From Aeropyrum pernix K1 (lineage in GTDB: Archaea > Thermoproteota > Thermoprotei_A > Sulfolobales > Acidilobaceae), in NCBI RefSeq assembly GCF_000011125.1, contig NC_000854.2:600001-632000 (forward strand): 32,000 nucleotides of DNA, read 5' to 3'. The notes below the pieces were generated by a model. That model was not told where the DNA came from, did not search any database, and saw only the letters and a list, made by a program, of their open reading frames with translations. This document shows positions 16,759-25,329 of the stretch, piece after piece (positions within the stretch are counted from its first letter, which is position 1; each line of letters starts with the position of its first letter). The translations under genes and the position numbers were made by a program.

Positions 16759-17770
16759 CCACGCCCCTATCAGGACTCCAGGTCACCGAGACGGCTTCAC
16801 CTGGCCGGGGTAGGCTGGACGCCGTCCTCCTCGGCACCACAGCCCTCAACCTTCCCCCCCTCCACCTGAGCTCGACCCTTATCAGGGGCCCCTGGAACAC
16901 GAGGTCCTCCACAACAGCCTCCAGCCTCGGCCAGCCCTGGGGGACTGGGGACCCGTTTCTAACTATCTCAAGGTCCTCGGGCCTGACCATAATGGCCCAC
17001 TCCCCCCCGCTGCCTGGGGTGAGAAGCTCTTTGGGGATGATGTTGGCGTCGCCGAAGAACGTGGCTACGTAGACGTTGGCAGGCCTCGTGTAGACCTCGC
17101 TGGGCGTACCATGCTGCACAATCCTACCATCCCTCATTATAACCAGCGTGTCCGCCAGCTCCATGGCCTCCCACTGGTCGTGGGTCACGTATATCATGGT
17201 TGAACCCAGCTTCCTCTGCAGCCTCTTCAGCTCGGCGAGGAGCCGCTGCCTGATCTTAAAGTCTAGGTGGGAGAGGGGCTCGTCCAGGAGTAGGACGGGC
17301 GGCTCGTAGGCGATGGCCCTCGCGAGCGCCACCCGCTGCTGCTGCCCCCCGCTGAGGCCTGTAACCCTCCTCCCCATGAACTCCCGGGGCGGTGTGAGGC
17401 CGACGGTTTCAAGCGCCCACTCAACCTGCCTCCTAACCTCGCCCCCGCTAAACCCCCTAGCCCTGAGGCCGAAGGCGACGTTGTCGTAGACTGTCATATG
17501 GGGGAAGAGGGCGAGGTCCTGGAAAACGAAGCCCACGCTCCTCCTCTCAGGCGGCAGGCCAGTATAGTCGACACCCCCGAAGAACACCCGGCCCCTTCTA
17601 GGCTTCAGGAGCCCCGCTATAACCTTCAGCATAGTAGTCTTACCGCAGCCGCTTGGGCCCAGGACAGCTGTTATGGATGACTCGGGGAAGCTGAAGCTAA
17701 CACCCCTGAGGGCCTCCACCTCACCGTAGCTGGCGTGGACGTTATCAAGCCTGACCTCGACGCCCCCCAA
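16742..17770 (-). CDS. ABC transporter ATP-binding protein (PotA/MalK-like with C-terminal regulatory OB domain)
   Basis: Walker A GPSGCGKTT, Q-loop VFQDLALFPHMTV, signature LSGGQQQRVALARA, Walker B LLLDEPLSHLD, H-loop YVTHDQ. TTG start. Overlaps the next gene by 17 nt. Confidence 0.9.
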   Translation of the reverse strand: MGGVEVRLDNVHASYGEVEALRGVSFSFPESSITAVLGPSGCGKTTMLKVIAGLLKPRRGRVFFGGVDYTGLPPERRSVGFVFQDLALFPHMTVYDNVAFGLRARGFSGGEVRRQVEWALETVGLTPPREFMGRRVTGLSGGQQQRVALARAIAYEPPVLLLDEPLSHLDFKIRQRLLAELKRLQRKLGSTMIYVTHDQWEAMELADTLVIMRDGRIVQHGTPSEVYTRPANVYVATFFGDANIIPKELLTPGSGGEWAIMVRPEDLEIVRNGSPVPQGWPRLEAVVEDLVFQGPLIRVELRWRGGRLRAVVPRRTASSLPRPGEAVSVTWSPDRGVDVALE

Positions 17771-17864
17771 CAGACAGCCACCGCCCCCGGCCCTAAAGTC
17801 TAGGGTGTTGGTTAGAGGGTTAACGGTTAAAACCGCGTTTCAGCATCTCCACGGCGGACGCCGC

Positions 17865-19088
17865 CTACCCCCCTGCCCTGCCTCTTGATAGCCTGTAGAG
17901 GAAGGCTGCCGCCACAACAAGCACAACCACACCGACTACTATAACGAGCGTAGAGTCCAGGTTGCTAGGCTGGGACGCCAGTATCCTCGACCTGGCGTCC
18001 TCTACCAGGCTCTGCATCTCGCTGTCGAGCACCGGGCTGGGTATCAGCTTGGCATTGCTCGGCGGGTAGACTAGTGGGTTGTCGAGGACCTCCCTCAACT
18101 CCTCGTCACCCTCCGCCAGGGGTTCTAGTAATTCCTTCTTGATCGAGGGGGCATACCAGACGGCCTTAACGTTCATCGCCGCTATCTCGGGCTCCAGGAG
18201 GAAGTTTATGAAGAGGTGGGCGGCCTCCACGTCGTGGGCATCCCGCGGTATCACCATATAGTCTACCCAGAAGAGGGTGCCGTCCTCGGGCGCTACATAA
18301 CCCACCTCGGGGTTCTCATCCGCGGCTATGAGGGCGTCGCCGTTCCAGGCCTGGGCCAGGCACAGCTCGCCGTTGACAAGCCCTGGGATGTACTGGCTAG
18401 CCCCGTAGAAGCCGGCTAGGTAGGGTTTAAGCTCGATTATAAGCTCCACAACCCTGTCTATATTCTCCTCCGTCCAGGAGGACCTATCGCTGGGGTCGAG
18501 GCCCAAGGCTATCATGCCCGCCTCCACCACCTCGGAGAACTCGGAGAGGAGGCTCACCTTCCCGCTGTACTTCTCAAGGTAGGATTTGCTGAGGAACTCT
18601 TTCCAGGTACTCGGAGGCTCTTCAACACAGCCCTCGACATAGGCTACCCCCGTTGTGCCCCACATGTAGGGCACAGCATAATCCTGGGTGGGGTCGGCTG
18701 GGTGAGACGCTATCCGGGGGTCTAGGTTTGAGAGGTTCGGTATCATGCTCTTGTCCAGCTTCCTGACCAGACCCTGCTCTATGGCGAGCCTGACGTGGGA
18801 GTGGGCTATTATTATGACGTCGTAGCCGCCGCCCCCAGCCTTGAGGTATGGCCACGCCTCCTCAGCACTCTCATACTCGTCGTACACAACCTTGATCCCA
18901 TACCTCTCCTCGAATATCCTCAGCACCTCATAGTCGATATACTCGCTGTAGTTCAAGACCTTGATAGTCCTGTCGGAAGCGGAAGCCGCTGCACCCATAA
19001 GAACCGCGGCCACCAGGGGGGCTAGAACGGCCACTATAACAAGGCCAGCGGCCACGCCCGCTAGAATAGCTCTCTTCACACCGAGCAC
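17865..19088 (-). CDS. Extracellular solute-binding protein (PotD/family-1 type, polyamine-like) with N- and C-terminal hydrophobic segments
   Basis: IKVLNYSEYIDYEVLRIFEERYGIKVVYDEY and YDVIIIAHSH are PotD/PotF-like. N-terminal anchor AGLVIVAVLAPLVAAVLMGAAA. C-terminal tail LVIVVGVVVLVVAAAFLYRL. GTG start. Confidence 0.8.
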   Translation of the reverse strand: MLGVKRAILAGVAAGLVIVAVLAPLVAAVLMGAAASASDRTIKVLNYSEYIDYEVLRIFEERYGIKVVYDEYESAEEAWPYLKAGGGGYDVIIIAHSHVRLAIEQGLVRKLDKSMIPNLSNLDPRIASHPADPTQDYAVPYMWGTTGVAYVEGCVEEPPSTWKEFLSKSYLEKYSGKVSLLSEFSEVVEAGMIALGLDPSDRSSWTEENIDRVVELIIELKPYLAGFYGASQYIPGLVNGELCLAQAWNGDALIAADENPEVGYVAPEDGTLFWVDYMVIPRDAHDVEAAHLFINFLLEPEIAAMNVKAVWYAPSIKKELLEPLAEGDEELREVLDNPLVYPPSNAKLIPSPVLDSEMQSLVEDARSRILASQPSNLDSTLVIVVGVVVLVVAAAFLYRLSRGRAGG

Positions 19089-19151
19089 CTACAAAGCAAC
19101 CGATAACACCCGGGAGATTTAAGCATAACCTGCCAAAAACGGTTAACAGTG

Positions 19152-19164
19152 AAAAACCCCGGGG
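19152..19164 (-). terminator. Hairpin plus T5 tract downstream of sdhB
   Basis: The minus strand reads CCCCGGGGTTTTT about 120 nt after the sdhB stop, just before the TATA-like gcttaaatc of the binding-protein gene. Confidence 0.4.
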
Positions 19165-19286
19165 ACCGTGACACAATATCATGGAGGCTGCGGGGGGCGG
19201 GGTGTGTAGAGCCGCTGTCCACACCGAGGGCTGTCCCGGTGAGGGCGGCGGGGTTACGGGCTTACCCCGCCCCGCCTCTCCTCAGG

Positions 19287-20204
19287 CTAGGCGACCAGCT
19301 TTTCAACGGGTATCTCGGGGGGCGTCTCCTCAAGCTTCTCCACGTCTACGCCGTCCAGGGGCTGCGCCTCCGGCGGCAGGGGGACCCTCTCCTTCTTAGC
19401 CTCCATTGGTGGTACCACGCCGTTTATCCTCTTCTTGTACAGGCCTAGCCTGTACTTGAGTAGGAGGCTCCTCAGCCTCTGTATAGCGCCCGCCGGGTCC
19501 ACCTCCTTGGGGCACACGGCGCTGCAGCTGGCTGCGAAGTGGCAGCCGAAGACGCCGTCTATAGAGTCTACGATCTCAAGCCTCTCCACATACCCCTCGT
19601 CCCTGGGATCCACCACGAACCTGTAAGCCTGGGAGAGGGCCTGGGGGCCGAGGAACTTGGTGTCGCTGGCGAATATGGGGCAGGCGGCCACGCATAGGCC
19701 GCAGGCTATGCAGAGGCTGTACTGGTAGAACTGCTCGTACTCCTCGGGGAGCAGCTTGTACTCGAGTGTCGGGTTCTCCTGCTCATCCACATCCCTCCTT
19801 ATAAGGTAGGGCTTTACGCGCCTGTGCTTCTCGAAGAACTCGGTGAAATCGGTCAGAAGATCCTTGACCACCTTGAAGTTGTAGAGAGGCTCAACCCTGA
19901 CCACAGGCGCGTCCTCTCTAGCCACCTGGGCCACCTGGGTCTGGCACGCCAGCCTGGGCGTGCCGTTAATGGTCATGCCGCAGCTACCACACACCGCCAT
20001 GCGGCAGCTGTACCTGAGGGTGAGGCTGTGGTCCTGCTCCTCCTTGATCTTCAGCAGAGCGTCTAGAACCGTCATACCCCTGTACGTCTCAACCTCGTGC
20101 TCCTGCCACCAGCTCCTCCCGCTCTCGGGATCATACTTTCTAATGACGAACCTGACCCTCTTGGGAGGCGCTAGTGTGGCCACCTTGGGGTCGAACAAGG
20201 CCAT
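19287..20204 (-). CDS. sdhB: Succinate dehydrogenase/fumarate reductase iron-sulfur subunit, with C-terminal extension
   Basis: Three Cys clusters: CRMAVCGSCGMTINGTPRLAC (2Fe-2S), CIACGLCVAACP (4Fe-4S), CHFAASCSAVCP (3Fe-4S type). 305 aa; about 55 residues follow the last cluster. Confidence 0.9.
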   Translation of the reverse strand: MALFDPKVATLAPPKRVRFVIRKYDPESGRSWWQEHEVETYRGMTVLDALLKIKEEQDHSLTLRYSCRMAVCGSCGMTINGTPRLACQTQVAQVAREDAPVVRVEPLYNFKVVKDLLTDFTEFFEKHRRVKPYLIRRDVDEQENPTLEYKLLPEEYEQFYQYSLCIACGLCVAACPIFASDTKFLGPQALSQAYRFVVDPRDEGYVERLEIVDSIDGVFGCHFAASCSAVCPKEVDPAGAIQRLRSLLLKYRLGLYKKRINGVVPPMEAKKERVPLPPEAQPLDGVDVEKLEETPPEIPVEKLVA

Positions 20205-20225
20205 GGTACCTCACCCCATACAATG

Positions 20226-20579
20226 CTATGCGGGCGGCTCAACCCCCACCACGGTATAGGTTGCCAGGGCGCCGAAGACCAGTAGGGCTAGAACAGCGGC
20301 GGCGTTCACGGCCTTATCCCACAACTCCCCGTGGTGCACCTCCAGGAGTATTATCCTCAGGCCGTTGACGCCGTGGATGAGGGCTGTGTAGGCGAGGAGC
20401 AGGAGGAGGCTGAAGCTGGTTATCTCCCTGTAGACTACCTCCGGCATTAGCGTGTGCACAAAGCTCTCGACTCCGTGGAGCCAGGGCAGCCTGAGGGCCA
20501 GGTGCCATGAGACGAGTACAACTAGGAGAGCAGCCGTGACATACTGGAGAAGCTGCATGTAGCTAGACTTCACAGCCAC
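20226..20579 (-). CDS. sdhD: Succinate dehydrogenase membrane anchor subunit (SdhD-like)
   Basis: 117 aa with three hydrophobic helices and conserved-looking His (WHLALRLPWLHG, LIHGVNGLR). Located between sdhC and sdhB. Confidence 0.6.
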   Translation of the reverse strand: MAVKSSYMQLLQYVTAALLVVLVSWHLALRLPWLHGVESFVHTLMPEVVYREITSFSLLLLLAYTALIHGVNGLRIILLEVHHGELWDKAVNAAAVLALLVFGALATYTVVGVEPPA

Positions 20580-20592
20580 TACTCACCACCCC

Positions 20593-21069
20593 CTAGGTCA
20601 GGAAGAGGACGTAGCCGAGGGCTATCCAGAGAATTATCCATAGTGCAAACACTATGTGGATAAGCCTCCTCTGGAACCCCCTGAGGCTCGGGGCGATGTA
20701 TGGCGGCTTCGGCTTCTCCGGCCTCCCTATCCCCAGGGCCAGGGCCTCGACGAGGAGGAGGCGGACGCCGTTTAGACCGTGGAAGAGTACGGCGCCCATA
20801 GCTATGTAGAACAGGATTGATATGGGTGTTATACCGTCGAGGTTAGCAACCTCCTCCAGCCACGCCTCCCACCCGCTCCTGGCCGGCGCGCTTGTAGATA
20901 TTATGTGGAAGAATATGAAGAAGGCTGTTATAACACCCGTTATCCTATGCATGTGGAATGCCAGCCTCTCAGGGTTGTTCCATATATTCAGTATGAAGGG
21001 GTCTATGAACGCCCTCCAACCAGGCCTCATGTCGAGATACCTAACCAGGTCCCGAGGCCTCCTTGCCAC
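20593..21069 (-). CDS. sdhC: Succinate dehydrogenase cytochrome b subunit (SdhC-like)
   Basis: 158 aa with three TM helices and His-bearing motifs HMHRITGVITAFFIFFHI and LFHGLNGVRLLL. Follows sdhA. Confidence 0.65.
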   Translation of the reverse strand: MARRPRDLVRYLDMRPGWRAFIDPFILNIWNNPERLAFHMHRITGVITAFFIFFHIISTSAPARSGWEAWLEEVANLDGITPISILFYIAMGAVLFHGLNGVRLLLVEALALGIGRPEKPKPPYIAPSLRGFQRRLIHIVFALWIILWIALGYVLFLT

Positions 21070-21139
21070 CTCTCAAACCACCCCCTCTACACGGCTCACA
21101 GAGAGGGCCCCCTGGAGCCTTGGGTAAAACACCTCCGCC

Positions 21140-22891
21140 CTAGTATTTCCTCTCGACAGGCTTCCAAGTGGTTATCCTGACCGGCTCGTAGTCTATCCTC
21201 ACGTCGTCCTCCCCGCTGGCGGTGACTAGGGTGTGCTTCAGCCAGTTCTCGTCGTCCCTCTTGGGATAGTCGACCCTGTAGTGGGCCCCCCTGCTTTCCG
21301 CCCTGTTCAAGGCGGCCTTTGCCACTGCAAGGGCGGCGTCTAGCATGTTCGCAGTCTCCAGGGCCGCTATTAGGTCTGTATTGTATATCCTGCCCTTGTC
21401 CTCGACGTAGACATCCTCTCTGAACATCTTCCTCAGCTTCAGTATTGTGAGGAGACCCCTCCTCATACCCTCCTCATCCCTTATAACGTAGAAGTACTTG
21501 CCCATGGTGTCCCTCAGCTCCCTCTTAATCGCGTAGCTCGGCGTCCCCGACTCCCTCTTCACGAGGCCGTAAACCCAGGCCTCCTCCTTCTCAAACCTCT
21601 CAGGCTCCACGCCCCGCGCCTCAGCCTTGAGGGCATACTCTGCCGCTAGCATCCCCGCTATCCTACCGGAGGTAAGGCACTCGGCGGTGCTGTTGCTTCC
21701 CAGCCTGTTGGCGCCGTGTATGCTTGCCGCTGCAACCTCGCCTGCCGCGAACAGGCCTCTAACCCACCTGCCCTCCGCGTCCAGCACCCTGTAGTAGCTG
21801 TCCGTCCTTATGCCGCCCATGGTGTAGTGGGCGACCGGCCTGACGGGGAGAGGCTCCTCGACAGGGTCTATGCCAGCGTACCTTATAGCTATCTCCCTGA
21901 CTGCGGGTAGCCGCTCGTTTATCTTCTCCTCCCCCAGGTGCCTCAGGTCGAGAAGCACGTACTCCAGCCCTGAGACGTCGTCCTTGAACCCCCTGCCCTC
22001 CAGTATCTCCCTTATGATGCACCTAGACACTATGTCTCTGGGCGCTATCTCGGCCATCTTGGGGGCGCACTCCTTCCTAAGCATAAACCTCTCCCCCCTG
22101 TTGTTGAGGAGATAGCCTCCCTCGCCCCTGGCGCCCTCCGTTATCAGTATGCCGCTCGGGATCAGGCCGGTGGGGTGGAACTGGAAGAACTCGGGGTCCT
22201 TCAGGGGGAGGCCCGCCCTCAGGGCCATGCCCCAACCGTCTCCCGTTACGGTGTGGGCGTATGTGGCGAAGTTGTAGAGCCTCCCAGCCCCTCCTGTCGC
22301 TATTATGCCCGCCTTCGCCTTGAACAGGTATATGTCGCCGTCCCTCGGGTTTATAGCGAAGACCCCCCTAAACTCCCCGTCCTCCACCACGATGTTGGTG
22401 GCATACCACTCGTCATACCTCTCCCACCCGTCATACTGTAGCAGCTTGTTGTAGAGGGTGTGCATCTCGTAGAAGCCGGTCTTATCACCGGCGAAAAGCG
22501 TTCTCTTGACGCTGTGCCCGCCGAAAGCCCTCACAGCAAGCCTTCCATCAGGCCTCCTACTCCAGGGCATCCCCCAATGCTCGAGCAGCCTAACCTCCTC
22601 GGGCATTAGCTTGACGAATATCCACACAGCGTCCTGGTCGGCCAGGAAGTCGCTCCCCTTTATAGTGTCCCAAGCGTGGAGGGCGTAGCTATCCCCCTCC
22701 TCCTTGTATATAACAGCGGCAGTGCCGCCCTCAGCGCTTATGCTGTGGCTACGCATGAGGTGTATCTTGCTAACCAGGCCTACATCCAGCTTGTCGCCAT
22801 ACCTCCTCTTAATCTCCACCGCCGCCCTCAGACCTGCTATACCCGTTCCGACAACGACCACATCGTGCTCTATGATCTCTGGCTTGGGCAA
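21140..22891 (-). CDS. sdhA: Succinate dehydrogenase/fumarate reductase flavoprotein subunit
   Basis: VVVVGTGIAGLRAA dinucleotide fold, SHSISAEGG (FAD-histidyl site), HPTG, GLFAAGEVA, RGAHYR. TTG start preceded by GGGGTGG. Confidence 0.95.
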   Translation of the reverse strand: MPKPEIIEHDVVVVGTGIAGLRAAVEIKRRYGDKLDVGLVSKIHLMRSHSISAEGGTAAVIYKEEGDSYALHAWDTIKGSDFLADQDAVWIFVKLMPEEVRLLEHWGMPWSRRPDGRLAVRAFGGHSVKRTLFAGDKTGFYEMHTLYNKLLQYDGWERYDEWYATNIVVEDGEFRGVFAINPRDGDIYLFKAKAGIIATGGAGRLYNFATYAHTVTGDGWGMALRAGLPLKDPEFFQFHPTGLIPSGILITEGARGEGGYLLNNRGERFMLRKECAPKMAEIAPRDIVSRCIIREILEGRGFKDDVSGLEYVLLDLRHLGEEKINERLPAVREIAIRYAGIDPVEEPLPVRPVAHYTMGGIRTDSYYRVLDAEGRWVRGLFAAGEVAAASIHGANRLGSNSTAECLTSGRIAGMLAAEYALKAEARGVEPERFEKEEAWVYGLVKRESGTPSYAIKRELRDTMGKYFYVIRDEEGMRRGLLTILKLRKMFREDVYVEDKGRIYNTDLIAALETANMLDAALAVAKAALNRAESRGAHYRVDYPKRDDENWLKHTLVTASGEDDVRIDYEPVRITTWKPVERKY

Positions 22892-22981
22892 GAGACCACC
22901 CCAGAGCTAGCTCCCAAACATATATTCTGAGGTTCTATACTGCTTTATTTTTCGACGGTACACTAAAACCCCGGGGGTTCC

Positions 22982-23425
22982 TTACTCCTTCCTCTTCCTG
23001 ACGCTCTCAACATACTGCTCAGGCGTGAGGAGGCTTTCGAACTCGCCTGGATCCTCGACTTTGATCTTGAATATCCATCCCTCACCGTAGGGGTCGTCGT
23101 TTATCAGCTCCGGCTGGTCTAGGAGCTTCTCGTTGACGTCGACTATCTCGCCAGAGAGGGGGGCGTAGATGTCTGCAGTAGCCTTTATGGACTCGACCGT
23201 CGCCACCGCCTCCCCCTTCTTAACCTTCCTCCCCTTCTCAGGGAGCTCCACGCCAACAATGTCCTTCAGCTCCTTCTGCGCGAAGTCCGTTATACCTACA
23301 GTGGCTACCCCGTCCTCCAGCCTGGCCCACTCGTCGCTCTCCGTGTACCTGAGGTCCTTGCGTAGGAGGAACCTGACGCCAGCCACCTCAACCTCAATAA
23401 CTTGCCCGCCCACCCCAGGAGGCAC
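22982..23425 (-). CDS. gcvH: Glycine cleavage system H protein (lipoyl carrier)
   Basis: LRYTESDEWARLEDG, lipoyl-lysine context VATVESIKATADIYAPLSGEIV, DPYGEGWIFKI. The N-terminus is about 20 aa longer than typical, so an internal GTG (VAGVRFLL...) may be the true start. Confidence 0.9.
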   Translation of the reverse strand: MPPGVGGQVIEVEVAGVRFLLRKDLRYTESDEWARLEDGVATVGITDFAQKELKDIVGVELPEKGRKVKKGEAVATVESIKATADIYAPLSGEIVDVNEKLLDQPELINDDPYGEGWIFKIKVEDPGEFESLLTPEQYVESVRKRKE

Positions 23426-23517
23426 CTCCGAACCACGGCTCAGCTATAGATAATATTGTGTGGAGACTAGTTATTCCTTCCACATAACAACATTGATTCC
23501 AACCGGAGGTAGACTGT

Positions 23518-24243
23518 GTGTTGACAGGCCATAGTAGGGTTCCCGGCAGGCTAGGCTCCTCCCTGGCGGAGTGCGGCTACGTGCTCCAGGTGGCCCTTGA
23601 TTACACGAGCCTCTGGGATGCAGTCTCCCTCGCCTCAAGGATTGGTGCCAGAAGGGGTGTGGCCCTCGAGGTGGGCACCCCTCTTTTGAAGGCCCACGGG
23701 GCTAGGGACTCTGTGGCGGCGCTGAGGGGCGTGGCCGGGGAGGAAGCCCCCGTAGTCGTGGACACTAAGACCGCCGACGCTAGCGATGTTGAGGCGGATA
23801 TAGTTGCATCCTCGGGCGGCGACGCCTTCACAGTTGTGGCGGCGGCTCACGATGTAACTTTGAAGCAGGCTGCTGAGGCTGCAGTGCAGAGGGGTGTAGC
23901 CGTCTACGGCGACCTCGTCGTCAGCAGGGACCCCTTGCTGGACGCTAGGAGGGTTGTGGATGCGGGGGTCCACATAGTGCTCCTGCACCTCGGCCTCGAC
24001 GTGCAGAGGGCTCTAGGCCTCACAGCCTCCTCCAGGGTTGACCTGGTCAGGAGGATAGCCTCCGAGATAGATGCTACCATAGCCGTTGCAGGCGGGGTCA
24101 AGCCTAGGGAGGCGGGGGCTCTCGCCTCCGCGGGAGCCTCCATAGTAATTATAGGAGGCGCTATAACAGGTAGCCCGGACCCGGGGAGAGAGGTTGAGAA
24201 GGCCCTAGAGAGCCTCAGGGGTGAGGGGTTTAGATGCCGCTAG
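23518..24243 (+). CDS. 3-hexulose-6-phosphate synthase-like protein (OMP decarboxylase suprafamily, HPS/KGPDC branch)
   Basis: LQVALDY, LEVGTPLLKAHG and VVVDTKTADASD (D-x-K-x-x-D) match the HPS/KGPDC catalytic blocks. The G-rich phosphate-binding end is VAGGVKP...IIGGAIT. GTG start. Confidence 0.55.
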   Translation: MLTGHSRVPGRLGSSLAECGYVLQVALDYTSLWDAVSLASRIGARRGVALEVGTPLLKAHGARDSVAALRGVAGEEAPVVVDTKTADASDVEADIVASSGGDAFTVVAAAHDVTLKQAAEAAVQRGVAVYGDLVVSRDPLLDARRVVDAGVHIVLLHLGLDVQRALGLTASSRVDLVRRIASEIDATIAVAGGVKPREAGALASAGASIVIIGGAITGSPDPGREVEKALESLRGEGFRCR

Positions 24244-24947
24244 AGCCGGGCAGCCTCTCTAGCCTAGAGGCCAAAGACCTCCCGGGCAGGGCACTTCCTG
24301 TCCTGCCCTTCGGAAGCGTGGAACAGCACTGTAGCCTGCCCCTGGCTACCGACGCCCTGCTGGCCGAGGCCGCCGCCCGAGGCGCCTGCGAGCTGCTGGA
24401 GAGGGAGCATGGAGTCGCCTGCCTTCTCCTCCCAACGATGTACTATGGGTTCAGCCCGGAGTGGGCAGGCTACCCGGGAACCCTAAGCCTCTCACTATCA
24501 ACCATAAGCGGCGTGGTAAGAGACCTGCTTGAATCCCTGAGGAGCTGGGGTTTCGACAGGGCGGCGATTATAAACGGCCACGGGGGAAACACCAGCGTCC
24601 TCGAGGCTGCGGCGAGGGAGGCTTCGAGAAGCCTCTCTATGGTTGTGGGTGTAGCCAGCTACTGGGCATTCCTCCCTGCCCAGGACCTCGGCCACGGAGG
24701 AGATGTTGAAGCCAGCCTCCTGAAACACCTAGCGGGTGTAGAGGCCCCAAGGGACGGCGGGTGTAGGAGCGTGAGGATCTCACAGGTGGGGAGGTGGATA
24801 ATCAGCCCGGGAGTAAGGGGGGGTGTAGGCGCCTACTCGCATGGAAGCGGCCCCGTGACCAGGGTGGGAGTGGAGGAGATGCTCCGGGGCCTATCCAGGT
24901 TCCTCTATAGCGTGTGGAGGCAGCCGGTCGAGGAGCAGTCCATATAG
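24234..24947 (+). CDS. Creatininase-family amidohydrolase (ArfB-like candidate)
   Basis: LPFGSVEQHCSLPLATD, YYGFSPEW..YPGTLSLS, IINGHGGN and GHGGDVEAS are the metal-binding blocks of the creatininase fold. Overlaps the upstream gene by 10 nt. Confidence 0.7.
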   Translation: MPLEPGSLSSLEAKDLPGRALPVLPFGSVEQHCSLPLATDALLAEAAARGACELLEREHGVACLLLPTMYYGFSPEWAGYPGTLSLSLSTISGVVRDLLESLRSWGFDRAAIINGHGGNTSVLEAAAREASRSLSMVVGVASYWAFLPAQDLGHGGDVEASLLKHLAGVEAPRDGGCRSVRISQVGRWIISPGVRGGVGAYSHGSGPVTRVGVEEMLRGLSRFLYSVWRQPVEEQSI

Positions 24948-24970
24948 CATTATCCGCCGCCGTTCACCCA

Positions 24971-24987
24971 AACCGTGCCTTCATGTA
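24971..24987 (+). repeat. 17-nt motif aaccgtgccttcatgta, copy 2
   Basis: Exact match to 11504-11520 in the same orientation and the same position relative to a stop codon. Confidence 0.7.
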
Positions 24988-25329
24988 ACAAATTATGGCA
25001 GGTTGTGTCGGGCACGGCTGGGTTCATCACGGTCTCCCCGGGGCCGCCTACGGAAGCCCCTGGGGGCTTCCCTCGGGAACCCCGGGGTCACCGGGTTAGG
25101 TTTATGAGCTTCAAGCCTTATAAGTTTTATTGGGGATTCCCCAATATGAGCTACATAACGAAGAGATATGGCTTAGATAGGCATTCAACATCAGCCTATC
25201 TAATAGCTCTACGCGGTATAGAAAGATACAGTCCGATACAGAAAGTTACAGCTTAGTGTTTCTGCCCCCGAGATCCTAAGGATCTCCCTCACGCTGAGAG
25301 GGCGGGGCGACCAGCCTTGAAACCCAGGT

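Noticed and set aside
25024-25030. Perfect C-box-like GTGATGA on the minus strand, suggesting a C/D box sRNA
   Set aside because: There is no CTGA D box and no C'/D' pair within the next 70 nt on that strand.
24975-25256. 93-aa plus-strand ORF inside the long gap, with a faint HTH-like stretch (ITKRYGLDRHSTSAYLIALRG)
   Set aside because: It crosses GC-rich palindromes and an AT-rich core with atypical composition, uses a non-ATG start and has no clear family motif. A relic of a mobile-element gene is possible at best but unsupported.
24948-25329. SRP (7S) RNA or RNase P RNA in the long gap
   Set aside because: Only about 90 nt are GC-rich and structured. The remainder is AT-rich, which is incompatible with a hyperthermophile structural RNA. 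No conserved SRP or RNase P motifs were recognised.
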